A stretch of 62,667 bases of DNA, the filler included, from Mitosporidium daphniae (Eukaryota): NCBI RefSeq assembly GCF_000760515.2. It is 2 parts of 2 records of this genome, joined end to end, with 100 filler letters (N's around TTAATTAATTAA, not from the genome) between each part and the next. Parts side by side here need not be neighbours in the genome. Positions count along the whole stretch, not along the records: positions 1 to 31,284 come from NW_013546245.1; 1 more part is not named here. One strand, 5' to 3'. The number at the start of each line of letters is the position of its first letter. The first letter of the stretch is position 1. Positions 1 through 10,604 of this stretch are shown here, in pieces. The position numbers and the translations under genes are program-made. A model generated the notes under the pieces. That model searched no databases and was not told the DNA's origin. It saw only the letters and a program-made list of their open reading frames with translations.

Positions 1-1506
1 GCACAACTTTAAATATAGAGTGGATTTTTTGGTGTTTTTGCGAATTGGCAATATTTTCTCTAGCTGGGTTTGAGTTATGAGGGCAACACTTTTTACAATG
101 TTGAATGAGAATCCGATGGCCACTTTCTATGGATTCAGTGGAAGCCGAAGAGGGAAGAGTAGGTTTTGATGCATTTTTTGTGAATACGGAATATATTTGA
201 AAAAACCGGTTGCCATGTTGATTGTTGGATGCCATTCCTTCCCAACTGCTTCTTCGAAATCTGATTACTGGTTCCATACACATGGTGGTACCATTCGGTG
301 TAGTCCGAGTCGATGAGCAGGAAATGGTGGGCAATGGCTCCCTCCATACATCAGGTTCCAAAGCATCAAGCGGCCTTGCGGACACCTTAATTGAAGCTGA
401 CTGTGCTTTCTTGTCATCAAAATCGCAAATATTCTCAACTTGAGCTGGAAAGCTTATTGGGGACGTTGGAAATTCAAACTCAGATGGTGGTGTAACAATT
501 GGATTTTTGGCTTCCTCCGTATTTTTCGTCTCATTGACAGCATGGTGGCTATCAAAGTAAGGCAGATTTGCTTTATCAAGTTTTGGGTTCGAATAAATAG
601 GAATAGTTGTACAGTCTTTAGAAAAATCTTGAAGGAAGACTTTAGGTTTGGGATATAGGTTATTGAAGGAGGAGCGGGATGGCGAAGGTGACGAAGGAAG
701 TGAGATGGATTGAGACTTTTTCGGGGCATGCAGTTGAGAGCCCTGCCGTGGCTTTGTCGGGTTTTTTGTTCGTTTCTTGCAGGTATTGCCATTAAGTATC
801 GGGGAAATCAACATGGGAGAGGCTGAAGGGAGACAGGCCGGAGGCTTTGCCATATATATATTGCGATGATGGTCCTTCTTATCAGGCTTTTTATAGGAAG
901 AATTTTGAATGTAAATAGTGGGTTTGAAATTATCAAAGTTAAATTTAGATTGACAGCTAGAAACAAACCTGAAAGAAGAAGCTTCACAGAACGTTGGCCA
1001 TCTTTTAAAAACGAAACTCCGACATTGCAATACAAGATTAATTAGATGTTTGCATATTATTTTGAGGCAAGAAACCAAATGGCAGAAAACATAAATAAGC
1101 TTTACATACACTAGCTCGAGGGGCAAAATTCGCCAAATGATCGTCTTGACTGGCCTGGAAATGCCAGCAAAATAATTTAAATTCGGGTTAATTTTGGAGA
1201 AAGCCTAAAATAAACCGATGGCAAACTTACATAATCCGAAATGATAATAAATAGTATAGAAATTCCGATAAATATAGCAGGAGCTATGAACACAGATATC
1301 ACTGCATCGTTGAGTATCACCTCTGAGAACAACGGATTGATGGCAAGCAACTCAAAGAAAAGCACAAATGTACAGAAAAGTGTAAAAAAAACAGGGGTGC
1401 TGGCGCTTTGGTTAGAATGGTGTCTGCTGCTGTGAGAGTAGCCTTTGTTGGAAAGTGGAATCGTCGAGTGCGTTGGTACGATTGGCGGCATATTAAATCT
1501 CAACAT
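1..1506 (-). CDS. Hypothetical protein with N-terminal hydrophobic/TM segments and a Ser/Pro-rich C-terminal region; 3'-partial (runs off the window)
   Basis: ORF 1177-1506 joins through a 26-nt GT-AG intron (1205-1230, gtaagt...ttag) to a frame that stays open to the window edge (over 490 aa in total). The track misses this because no stop lies in the window. No family recognised. Confidence 0.7.
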
Positions 1507-1646
1507 AAATAATTAGCCAAACGGTAATCTAAATAAATGAATAATTAAAATCACAAAGTTTATTTGCATTTGATTTTTACCCTGAAACGCAATCGTGTAC
1601 TTTAAACGCAATTTATTTCAGACAACAAGGAAATTGAAACGGCAAT

Positions 1647-2508
1647 TTATTGAAAAATATTCCTCAAATCTGCTTCTGAATAATAAATATCGGTAACGGG
1701 ACATTTCGCTTCCCGCCTCAAATATTGTAAGATGCATATATGGCAAAATACATATCCAGATGGAAGGGCCGTTGGGTTTGTACAGGGAGATTGTTTACAA
1801 AGCGCACATGTTCCTCTTAATGGAATTTCTACACCACGGTGTGGGGAAACAATGCATGGGGGCTCCTTTTCATCCAGGATAAAGTCAAACTGGCAGTTCT
1901 CTTCTAACATAACTTTGGCTTTTGCATGTCCATTTTCTCCCCACCACTGCCCAATTCTTATTAAAAATAATGCCACAGGAAATATAGACACCAAGCTTTC
2001 AAGTGAAAGTATTTTCATCGGCGATTGATCTGTAATTTCTCTTCTCCTCAAAGTGACATCATGCACATAGAGCCAAGGATAGTAAAACGCAGTCAATTTT
2101 ACCAAATAGGCCAAGGAAAAAGATACCTTTATGGCATCGAAAAAAGCAAGACCCAACATAAGGCCCTTTTGCCTTGTGTTGATGATTTTGGATCGCACAT
2201 AACTATAGGTAGGTCCCCACAGAACGCTTAGGACAATGGCCCTTTTATTTCCAGCTCTATGTATCTGGTAAAAATACTCTGAAAACGAAGCTTTATAATG
2301 CCTTGCAAAGTAAAGCTCGGTGAGGGAAGATAGAATCCACCAAATTCCTTTCGAATGGTGAGGAAATATGCCAAGTTTCTAAGGATAATCAATTTAGAGC
2401 TACTTCAAAGTACTGGCAGAATACGGGACCCATCAGCTCGGTCATTTTATCGCAAGCCAGGACTTCCAAGAAAGAAGGCGAACATTGCAGCAAATCATTC
2501 GAAGCCAT
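1647..2508 (-). CDS. PEX12: Peroxin 12, RING-finger peroxisomal import E3 ligase subunit
   Basis: ATG at 2508 and a 25-nt intron (2379-2403). N-terminal PSFLEVLA...RHYKASFSEYFYQIHR is Pex12-like, and the C-terminal RING reads CALC...NPTALPSGYVFCHICI...KCPVT. Confidence 0.9.
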
Positions 2509-2528
2509 TTGGTAAAATTTTACTTTCA

Positions 2529-3629
2529 ATGAATGTCCTTCAAATTAATAAATTGATCTTTGCCACTCATTCTCACCTCCCTTGTAATATTATTAAGTTC
2601 AATACGCCGCGTAAAGTCTTTTTTTCTCTAAATCCGCTTTCGAAGTATACATTGCAATCCTATTCAACAGAATCCAAATTGGCCAGTGGCAACCAGTCCA
2701 ATCCCGACTGTCTTTCTAGTTTGTCCCCCCTTACTGAACAGAGTCCATTAGCAAAGATAATTCCACAACTATTCAAAATCAAGCTCTCTGCTATGGTTTT
2801 ATGTACCACACTGACAGGCTTTGTCATTGTTCCTGGAATTGATCTCTACTGTTGGACTACGATAAAATTACTGGGCAACACTCTTCTTGGTACATCTTTA
2901 TGCTCATTTTCCGCAAACGCGTTCAACCAATGGATCGAAGCTTCATTTGACGCGCAGATGAAAAGAACAGAATTTAGACCTCTGCCTTTGCGGAGGATTT
3001 CTCTTCCAAATGCCTTCATCGCGAGTAGCATGATGGGATTGAGTGGCGTTGCCTACTTGTATTATTTTGTTTCCGGAGTGTCATCTATAATTGCAGCCTC
3101 GACTATTATCCTTTATGCTGGAGTATATACTCCTCTGAAAAGAATGTCCATTATGAATACCTGGGTTGGCTCCATTGTTGGGGCATTTCCGCCACTGATC
3201 GGTTGGTCAGCTGGCTTACAGTCCCTCTCTTTTGTAGCTCCAACGCCTTTATTTGGATGGATCCCCATTTTTTTTCTGTTATATTGTTGGCAGTTTCCTC
3301 ATTTTTTTTCACTCTCTTGGGGTTTGAGAAGAGAATATGCCCGTGCAGGATATCGTATGTGCTCTCTTCTTAATCCACGGTTAGCCACCGCTTCTTCCAT
3401 GAGGCATACGTTGGTCTTATTTCCACTAACCTTTCTTTTTTACTATACAGGCCTTGCTAACATGTATTTTATATTTATTGGCTCTCTCATCAATTGTATC
3501 TTATTACTCCCCGCAATAGACTTCAAAACTAAACAAGATAGCTTTAGTGCTAGGCGCCTGTTTTTTGCGTCTCTAATTCATCTGCCGTTGTTTATGGCCG
3601 CTTTATTTGTACTAAAACCAGCGCCCTAA
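2529..3629 (+). CDS. COX10: Protoheme IX farnesyltransferase (heme O synthase), UbiA family
   Basis: Motifs NQWIEASFDAQMKRTEFRPLP, YTPLKR, NTWVGSIVGAFPPLIGW and WQFPHF. The ATG at 2529 is preferred over 2355, which would overlap PEX12. Confidence 0.95.
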   Translation: MNVLQINKLIFATHSHLPCNIIKFNTPRKVFFSLNPLSKYTLQSYSTESKLASGNQSNPDCLSSLSPLTEQSPLAKIIPQLFKIKLSAMVLCTTLTGFVIVPGIDLYCWTTIKLLGNTLLGTSLCSFSANAFNQWIEASFDAQMKRTEFRPLPLRRISLPNAFIASSMMGLSGVAYLYYFVSGVSSIIAASTIILYAGVYTPLKRMSIMNTWVGSIVGAFPPLIGWSAGLQSLSFVAPTPLFGWIPIFFLLYCWQFPHFFSLSWGLRREYARAGYRMCSLLNPRLATASSMRHTLVLFPLTFLFYYTGLANMYFIFIGSLINCILLLPAIDFKTKQDSFSARRLFFASLIHLPLFMAALFVLKPAP

Positions 3630-3681
3630 TAAACACAAATATTTAACACAAGCACCACCAACATATGCGTTGAGAAGACCT

Positions 3682-4057
3682 TCAGGGCCTCGTAAACCAA
3701 TATTTAGGGTTAAGATGGCAAATGAGTAAATTAATACTTCTAGCTCGCCATTCCTGATTGAAGGAATCAAATTCTTTTTGGTATATTGTGATGTAATTGG
3801 TGTAAAATTTGGACAACAAAGCTAAACGTAAGGCCGAAACAGTACCTGGATTTCCAATGCTAGCAATGTCTCTTTCTAGCGAATCAAATCGATCGTTGTT
3901 TTTTTTCCAAAACGAAGCCTGCCAGCTCCAAAGGTCGGACTCTTTTTCGGTAATAGTGCTATAGAGAGATTTTGACCTCGCCGCACTATGTATTTTCTGC
4001 AATCATAAAATATTAATTTACCCGACCACATGGCAATACTTTTCCAAGTAAAACCAT
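3682..4057 (-). CDS. COA8: COA8/APOPT1-like cytochrome c oxidase assembly factor
   Basis: ATG at 4057 and a 25-nt intron (3997-4021). It has a basic presequence-like N-terminus, and WQASFWKKNNDRF...LSKFYTNY...FNQEWRARS resembles the COA8 family pattern. Confidence 0.65.
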
Positions 4058-4134
4058 CGGATGCTAAATAGAATTTTCGCACTTCACGCTTTAAATTGAA
4101 TTTAATTTGTTGTCAATTGCCAAAATTTAGTTAC

Positions 4135-5865
4135 ATGAACAGAGACAAATTGGAGCAAAGGCGCCAAAGTTTTAAGGGAGCCGGCTTCACCAAGGAGGAG
4201 CATCGACGCCGACGAGAAGAGGCTTCTGTAGAAATCCGCAGAGTTAAACGGGAGGATACCCTTAGCAAAAGAAGAGGCCTTCAGCCTGCCGGGACCTGCG
4301 AGGCTGGTTCATCATCATCTGCTATTTTTGCTTCTTATTCTGATGAGGATGAGGACAAATCCCTTTTTTCTGCCAATTCACCAAAATCTTTAAAGGTAAA
4401 TTGATGGTATTATTTTTAGTATGAAGCTCCAACATCAAATTTGTTTTCGGATGACCCTGTTCTTCAGCACGCTGGCGCTGTTGAATTTAGGCGCATCCTC
4501 TCAAAGGAAAGGAATCCCCCGATTGATGATGTCATATCTTGTAACATCGTTCCCCGTTTGGTTCAGCTGTTAACAGCGCCACAGGGAAAATATCCCAACG
4601 AAACTAGCCCCGAGGAGGTATTTTTTGTTATTTATGACGTTGAAATAGGCAAAGGGCCTATTTCAGAGCATTCAATTTGAGTCCGCCTGGGCGATCACAA
4701 ATATTGCTTCAGGTAAATTCTTTTGTGGTTAATTTCACCTCTTTCTTTGCTAGGCACTTCATCACAAACTTGGACCTGTGTGCAGCACAATGCCATTCCC
4801 GTCTTTATCCAGCTCTTACAGACAACAGATTCCAAAGATGTTTTGGAGCAGTCTGTCTGGGCTTTGGGAAATATTGCAGGAGATACAACGGAAACAAGGA
4901 ATATGGCCTTGAATTCCGGGATAATGGGCCCTCTGTTGAGTGTCATTCAAAATGCCTTGAATTCCCCTTCTTTGCTAAGAAACGCCGTTTGGACGCTTTC
5001 CAACTTGTGCAGAGGAAAGCCTGCGCCGCCCTGGGGCTCCGTAGTCGACTGCATTCCCGTTTTGGCTGGACTTTTGAGAAGCATCCAAAGCGACAATGAG
5101 GTTATCGCCGACTCCCTATGGTCCCTTTCTTACCTTTCCGATGGTCCTAACAACCACATTGATGTCGTTCTGCAATCAGGCATAATTCCACGTGTTGTAG
5201 AGCTGCTAGCATCGCCGAACTCTACTCCTGCAATTCAGACCCCTGCCCTCCGTACTCTGGGAAATATAGTCACTGGAAATGATATTCAGACGCAAGCCGT
5301 TCTGCAAGCTAATATCCTGCCAGCGCTTGTTTCATTGCTACGCTCCAATCCAAAGGCATCCCTTATAAAAGAGACTTGCTGGACTATCTCCAACATTACT
5401 GCAGGCAACCCAGACCAAATCCAGGCTGTTATATATTCTGGAATCGTCCCTCTTGTCATTGATATTCTTGAAAATGGGGAATTTAAAGCCCGAAAAGAAG
5501 CTTGCTGGGCAATTTCAAATGCTACCTCTTCAAAGTCTACGCGCCCAGATCAAGTTCGATATCTGGTCACTGAAAATTGCATTCCTCCTCTTTGCGATAT
5601 CCTTTCATGCCAAGACAGCAAGATCCTTCAGGTGGCCCTCGAGGCTCTTGATGCTATTCTTGAAGTGGGGGAGCGAGACTTTCTTGCCTCTGGCGGGTCG
5701 ATTGGAGATTGCCAGCCTTATGCTCTTCAAGTGGAAGAGTCTGGAGGCCTTGATCGTATATACGAACTACAGGGACATGAAAATGTCCATATTTACGAAA
5801 AGGCAAAATCGATACTGGAAAAGTATTTTTCTGAGGGGGAGGATACTCTCCTTGGAGGAAGCTAG
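4135..5865 (+). CDS. SRP1: Importin alpha (karyopherin alpha)
   Basis: IBB domain (RRRREEASVEIRRVKREDTLSKRR) and ARM repeats (WALGNIAGD, WTLSNLCRG, WTISNITAG). Introns at 4396-4419, 4618-4648 and 4713-4753. Confidence 0.97.
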
Positions 5866-6052
5866 TTATTTCGCATACGTAATCCAATTATAAAGAATAT
5901 TAACGGGTACATCCGTGGACTACTGAAAATTAAAATTGTGGATATGTTTGAACGGGCTGGGTCGGAGGTAAAGAAAACAGGCTGACCGGATCCCGTTGTG
6001 TGGTTCGATGTATCTGAATACTGTTTATTGACAGACCAAATAATATATAAAT

Positions 6053-6604
<552 letters not shown>

Positions 6605-6669
6605 TATACGGACAAGTAAAATTAAATCTTTAAAAATTCGAACTTTACACGATATTTTTAATATTCAAA

Positions 6670-7510
6670 TTAGATCATCGAAATTGGATACGATTGATCA
6701 AATAGATACCAAATTCCCAATTGCAAAAGCCAGCGACATGCATGTGCAAAGGCGATTGATATGCATACTTTAAGTCTTGCCTGTCTAATTCTGGAATGGT
6801 AGGTTGCATGGCCACTGCTTGTCATTGCATATATGGCTTCAATGTTTGAAAAGATGACAAACACATTGACTAGCTTTATCACACCCATTGAATAGTAGTT
6901 CCATATGACCATGAGAATGACGATTATTTTACCAAAACTGCTAATGATCAGCGCTTCTCTGATTTTGTCGCTCGAAATTCGGGAGCCTTCTTTTGAAAAA
7001 ATCGTCAAAAGCAGCGTGATAACGATGGAATATACCAAAAACTCGAAAAATGCGCACAAAAAAAGAAATGGGACGTTTTTTACAAATAGATAAGTGTACG
7101 AAAAACTTGAAGATAAGGGTGGCCGTGGCAACGGATGGTTTGTCTCCTGTTGGTACCATTTAATATCTACACACATGAGGCAATAAAAGATACAAATTTC
7201 AATCAAAAACATCAAGGTGGCAAGCCGCAGTAAAATGTTTTTCGTGTAAAATGCCTTGTTTGCAGTGACGTGACATTGGCTTTTATTTAGAAGCAAATGT
7301 CTATACACTTGGTGCTTGTGCAAAAGCATATCTAGAAAAAGAATGATCGGCTCATATTCGATATATTTATCCGAAACCGATCCGCAAAATGTCTACGGGT
7401 AAAATAAAGCAGCATTGGGATACACATTGGCACAGGGAAATATTTCCGTGCGAATATTCTAAAAATAAGCTTTGGACTTGGGAGCCACATTCGACACATG
7501 AAAATGGCAT
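6670..7510 (-). CDS. ARV1: Arv1 ER membrane sterol homeostasis / GPI synthesis protein
   Basis: The spliced N-terminus (intron 7393-7423) reads MPFSCVECG...CQCTFCGSVSDKYIEYEPIILFLDMLLHKHQVYRHLLLN, the Arv1 homology domain, followed by TM helices. Confidence 0.92.
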
Positions 7511-7545
7511 GGGCCAATTTATCAGGAAATTTAAAATTTATTCTC

Positions 7546-8148
7546 ATGGACGAGCCCAAATTGATGCCGAAAAAGCTATTTGGCGGAGCTCTCCAAGTTG
7601 CTCTTCCCTCTGGCTTTATCGATGCAAGCCAGTTTAGACAGATACCCGACCACCAGGAGGTATATCTTTCACAGGATTCCGAAACGTCGATTATTGTTGA
7701 ATTATTGGATCCGCTTGTCGAGCAAAAGAATGCCATGCATGTGCTTGACAGCCACTTCCAGATACTTGCAGAGGATAATTCATGCTCTTTTTCATTGATT
7801 CTCCAAAAAGACCTTGAATTGAACATTTTGCTTGGGGTCCAGGCTGTCCCAAAGTTTGGAAAAAAGACCGATTTCATCCTGGTGCTTCTTTCGGTTCGGT
7901 CGCTTGAGGCCCCATATAACACTGACATCGTTACTTCGATGAATGTAAATATTTTATCGGATCCCCTTTTTTCAACAACATTACCCTCGTCAATTGGCGC
8001 ATTGGCAGAATTAAATTCAAACTCAGCTTTGCAAAGCTTGACAGCACAAACACCTTTTAAGCGGATTTCAGAGAATGCCTTCAGCACCTTTTCACGCATT
8101 TGCCAATCTATAGAGGTGCTTGATTATTCATTGTTTCAAACACAATAA
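7546..8148 (+). CDS. MOG1: Ran guanine nucleotide release factor Mog1
   Basis: LFGGALQVALPSGFIDASQFRQIPDHQEVY...SIIVELL and the C-terminal SIEVLDYSLF. Confidence 0.93.
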   Translation: MDEPKLMPKKLFGGALQVALPSGFIDASQFRQIPDHQEVYLSQDSETSIIVELLDPLVEQKNAMHVLDSHFQILAEDNSCSFSLILQKDLELNILLGVQAVPKFGKKTDFILVLLSVRSLEAPYNTDIVTSMNVNILSDPLFSTTLPSSIGALAELNSNSALQSLTAQTPFKRISENAFSTFSRICQSIEVLDYSLFQTQ

Positions 8149-8295
8149 CCCTAACGCAAAATAAAGTTCGGACTCCCGTCCCAAATAAAATACCAAGAAT
8201 TTTGTTTCAGCCAATCTTGACGCGTGTCACTTTTCAATTTATTTTGAGCCTTCGATACCATCCTCAAATTGAATCTCTTGTGCCTTTTTTAGGGA

Positions 8296-10412
8296 ATGTC
8301 CCTAAAAGCCTTCTATTTGGAGCGTAAACTTGTTTTATTCTACAATATTTAGATATTGAAAAGACTTTGTTTCCATCGCCCACCGATGGTTGCAATTCAT
8401 GGAGGATTTTGGTGGCAGATAAGTTGGCCACGAATTTCCTAAACTCAATGTTCCGCCTGTCCAATCTGGTCGAAAAAAGGATATCTTGTACGAAAAATAA
8501 ATTCCCATAAGTTTGTTAGTGATAGAGAAGCTTGAGTTGAAACGAAGGTCCTTCCCCCAAATGGCGGCAATCTACTTGCTTTCTAATTTATCCAGCTCGA
8601 TCGAAAAGCTCTGCTCAGATATCAGCGATGGCCAATATGGGACATATTACATATACATACTATCCAAACTTGAAGACAAAGAGGTGCAGAAATTGGCAGC
8701 CGCTGTAAAGACGAACGGTTCCTCCATTAAGGTATTTATGGAAAATCTTTGTAGTATAAAATTCATGGGGACCAATGGCTTCTACTTACAGGACTTTGAC
8801 AAGGAGATTTTGGGCAAGATATATGCTCAACTCTATCCCGATAAGCTTTTAGAGCACGTGGGAGAGCAGCTCGCCGCTGTCGTAAAGGAATTCTTTCCGT
8901 AAGCACCTCTGCTTACTGCTAGGAAATTGTCCAAAAAAAACCGTCCCCAAATTCGATATAAAACCTCGCCCTATAGGAGGGCCGAAATTGTCGCAAGGTC
9001 ATGCTTTGCATCTTTGAACAAAGAAAAATTGGCACCAGAGTCGCCTACAAGCTCCTCATGTAGCCTGAAATACATCTTGATTGTCGATCGGTCATTCGAC
9101 CTTATCTCGCCGCTGCTGCATGAATTTACTTATGAAGCAATGTTACGGGAGATTGAATCTTCTTGTGATTCCGAATATTGTAGTGAAATCAAGAAAGAGC
9201 TACACTTGCTTGATAATACAAATCTCAAGGAGGAGCAATTGGGATTTTGGTCTCTGCTCCGGGATGTCCACCTTGCAGATTGTGTATCAACGCTTCTAAA
9301 ATATTCCGAATCATTTGTCGCTTCGAATTCTGCAGCAGGATTTTCCAAGGAAACAACTAAAGATCCATCAAAGCTGGTATCAATTAGCCAAATGAAGGCA
9401 ACAATAGCTTCAATTCCCGAATTGCAAGAATTTAAAAAATACGTAAGGTTCTCGATACAAATTGACGCCTGTAGTTTTCGATCCATCTTCAGCTGCTGCA
9501 ATACTGCATTGATACCTTCAATCGGAAAAACCTTGATGCCGTGGCAACGGCAGAACAAAACCTTGCTTGTGAGTATTTTACGAGCGAATCTAAGCCTGCT
9601 GAGGATCCTTTGAATGCAATTAGTTCTTTGCTGGCCGACAAGGATATTTCGGCAGAGAACAAGGCCAGATTGCTGATACTGTATCTTGCAATTGTTCCAG
9701 AAATGTCCCAGCTCTCAAAGTCAGAGTTGATGACTCTTTGTAAATATTCGGATATTTCCGACGTTTGCTCAATTAATGGGTTTTATTCGGCCTTTAATGT
9801 TCGAACGTCTCAGGGACCTGAAAGATTGTCAATGGTACTTCCAAACATCAAAAAAAAGCATAAAATCAAGCTCGGATCTTTGTTCAAGGGCACATTTTTT
9901 TCCAAGGGCGGTGGTAGCACAGAAAAGTTTGATACCGAAAATAAGGCTACTTATGAGCTATCCAGATTTGTGCACCCAATTGAGGCATTGTGCAAGGTAT
10001 GGGTCCATGTTTTCAGCATCATTTCTAGTCGACTTTAAGAGGCATTTTTGATAAGGCACGAGATGTTCTCGTTGAATCTGCTCTGATGGAAGAGACCAGT
10101 CAAAGTCTCGTCACCACGCCCGGTGCTGCAAACATGGCATCCGGAAAAAATGTATATGCGACATCTAACTCTGTTCGGCACAGACAAGAGTGGAAAAACG
10201 CTGCCATAGCTGTTGATTCATCAATAGAAGCGGGACAGGCTGCATTTGAGCCAAAGGCCTTAATATTTATTGTTGGCGGGATGACCAGCTCCGAGGTCAG
10301 GGTTTCTTTTGAAAGAAGCAAAGGCCATATTTTACTTGGATCCGATTTCTTTATCACGCCAACAGACTTTTTGGCATCTTTGGCAGAAAGTGGCAAGCTA
10401 TGCAAGGGATAA
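8296..10412 (+). CDS. SEC1: Sec1/Munc18 (SM) family protein, multi-exon
   Basis: WRILVAD, IEKLELKRRSFPQMAAIYLL, LIVDRSFDLISPLLHEFTYEAM, EQNLA, YELSRF, IFIVGGMTSSEVR and LLGS...TPTDFL, spread over several exons. Confidence 0.9.
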
Positions 10413-10447
10413 GCAAAGATAAGCAAAGATAAGCAAAGATAAGCAAA
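10408..10447 (+). repeat. 10-bp tandem repeat (GATAAGCAAA)x4
   Basis: Four exact copies starting at the SEC1 stop codon and ending in AATAAA. Confidence 0.95.
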
Positions 10448-10604
10448 TAAACGCCATTTAAGGCATCTTGGGATTGGGGTTTTCAACTTATTTGCAACTT
10501 TTTTATTCTGTTATTAAGCAGATTCAAGGACCGGCTGCTTATTATCTACTGAAAAAGGATTGCCAGAAATGGGCGACTAGCTAATTTGAGGGCTCCTCCA
10601 TTGA

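Noticed and set aside
2355..2528. N-terminal extension of COX10 in the ORF track
   Set aside because: It is antisense to PEX12 exons and not presequence-like.
7332..8099. 255-aa minus ORF and other long antisense ORFs (44627-45361, 47611-48312, 48456-49046)
   Set aside because: They are shadows of MOG1, ATP2 and the kinase, with no motifs of their own.
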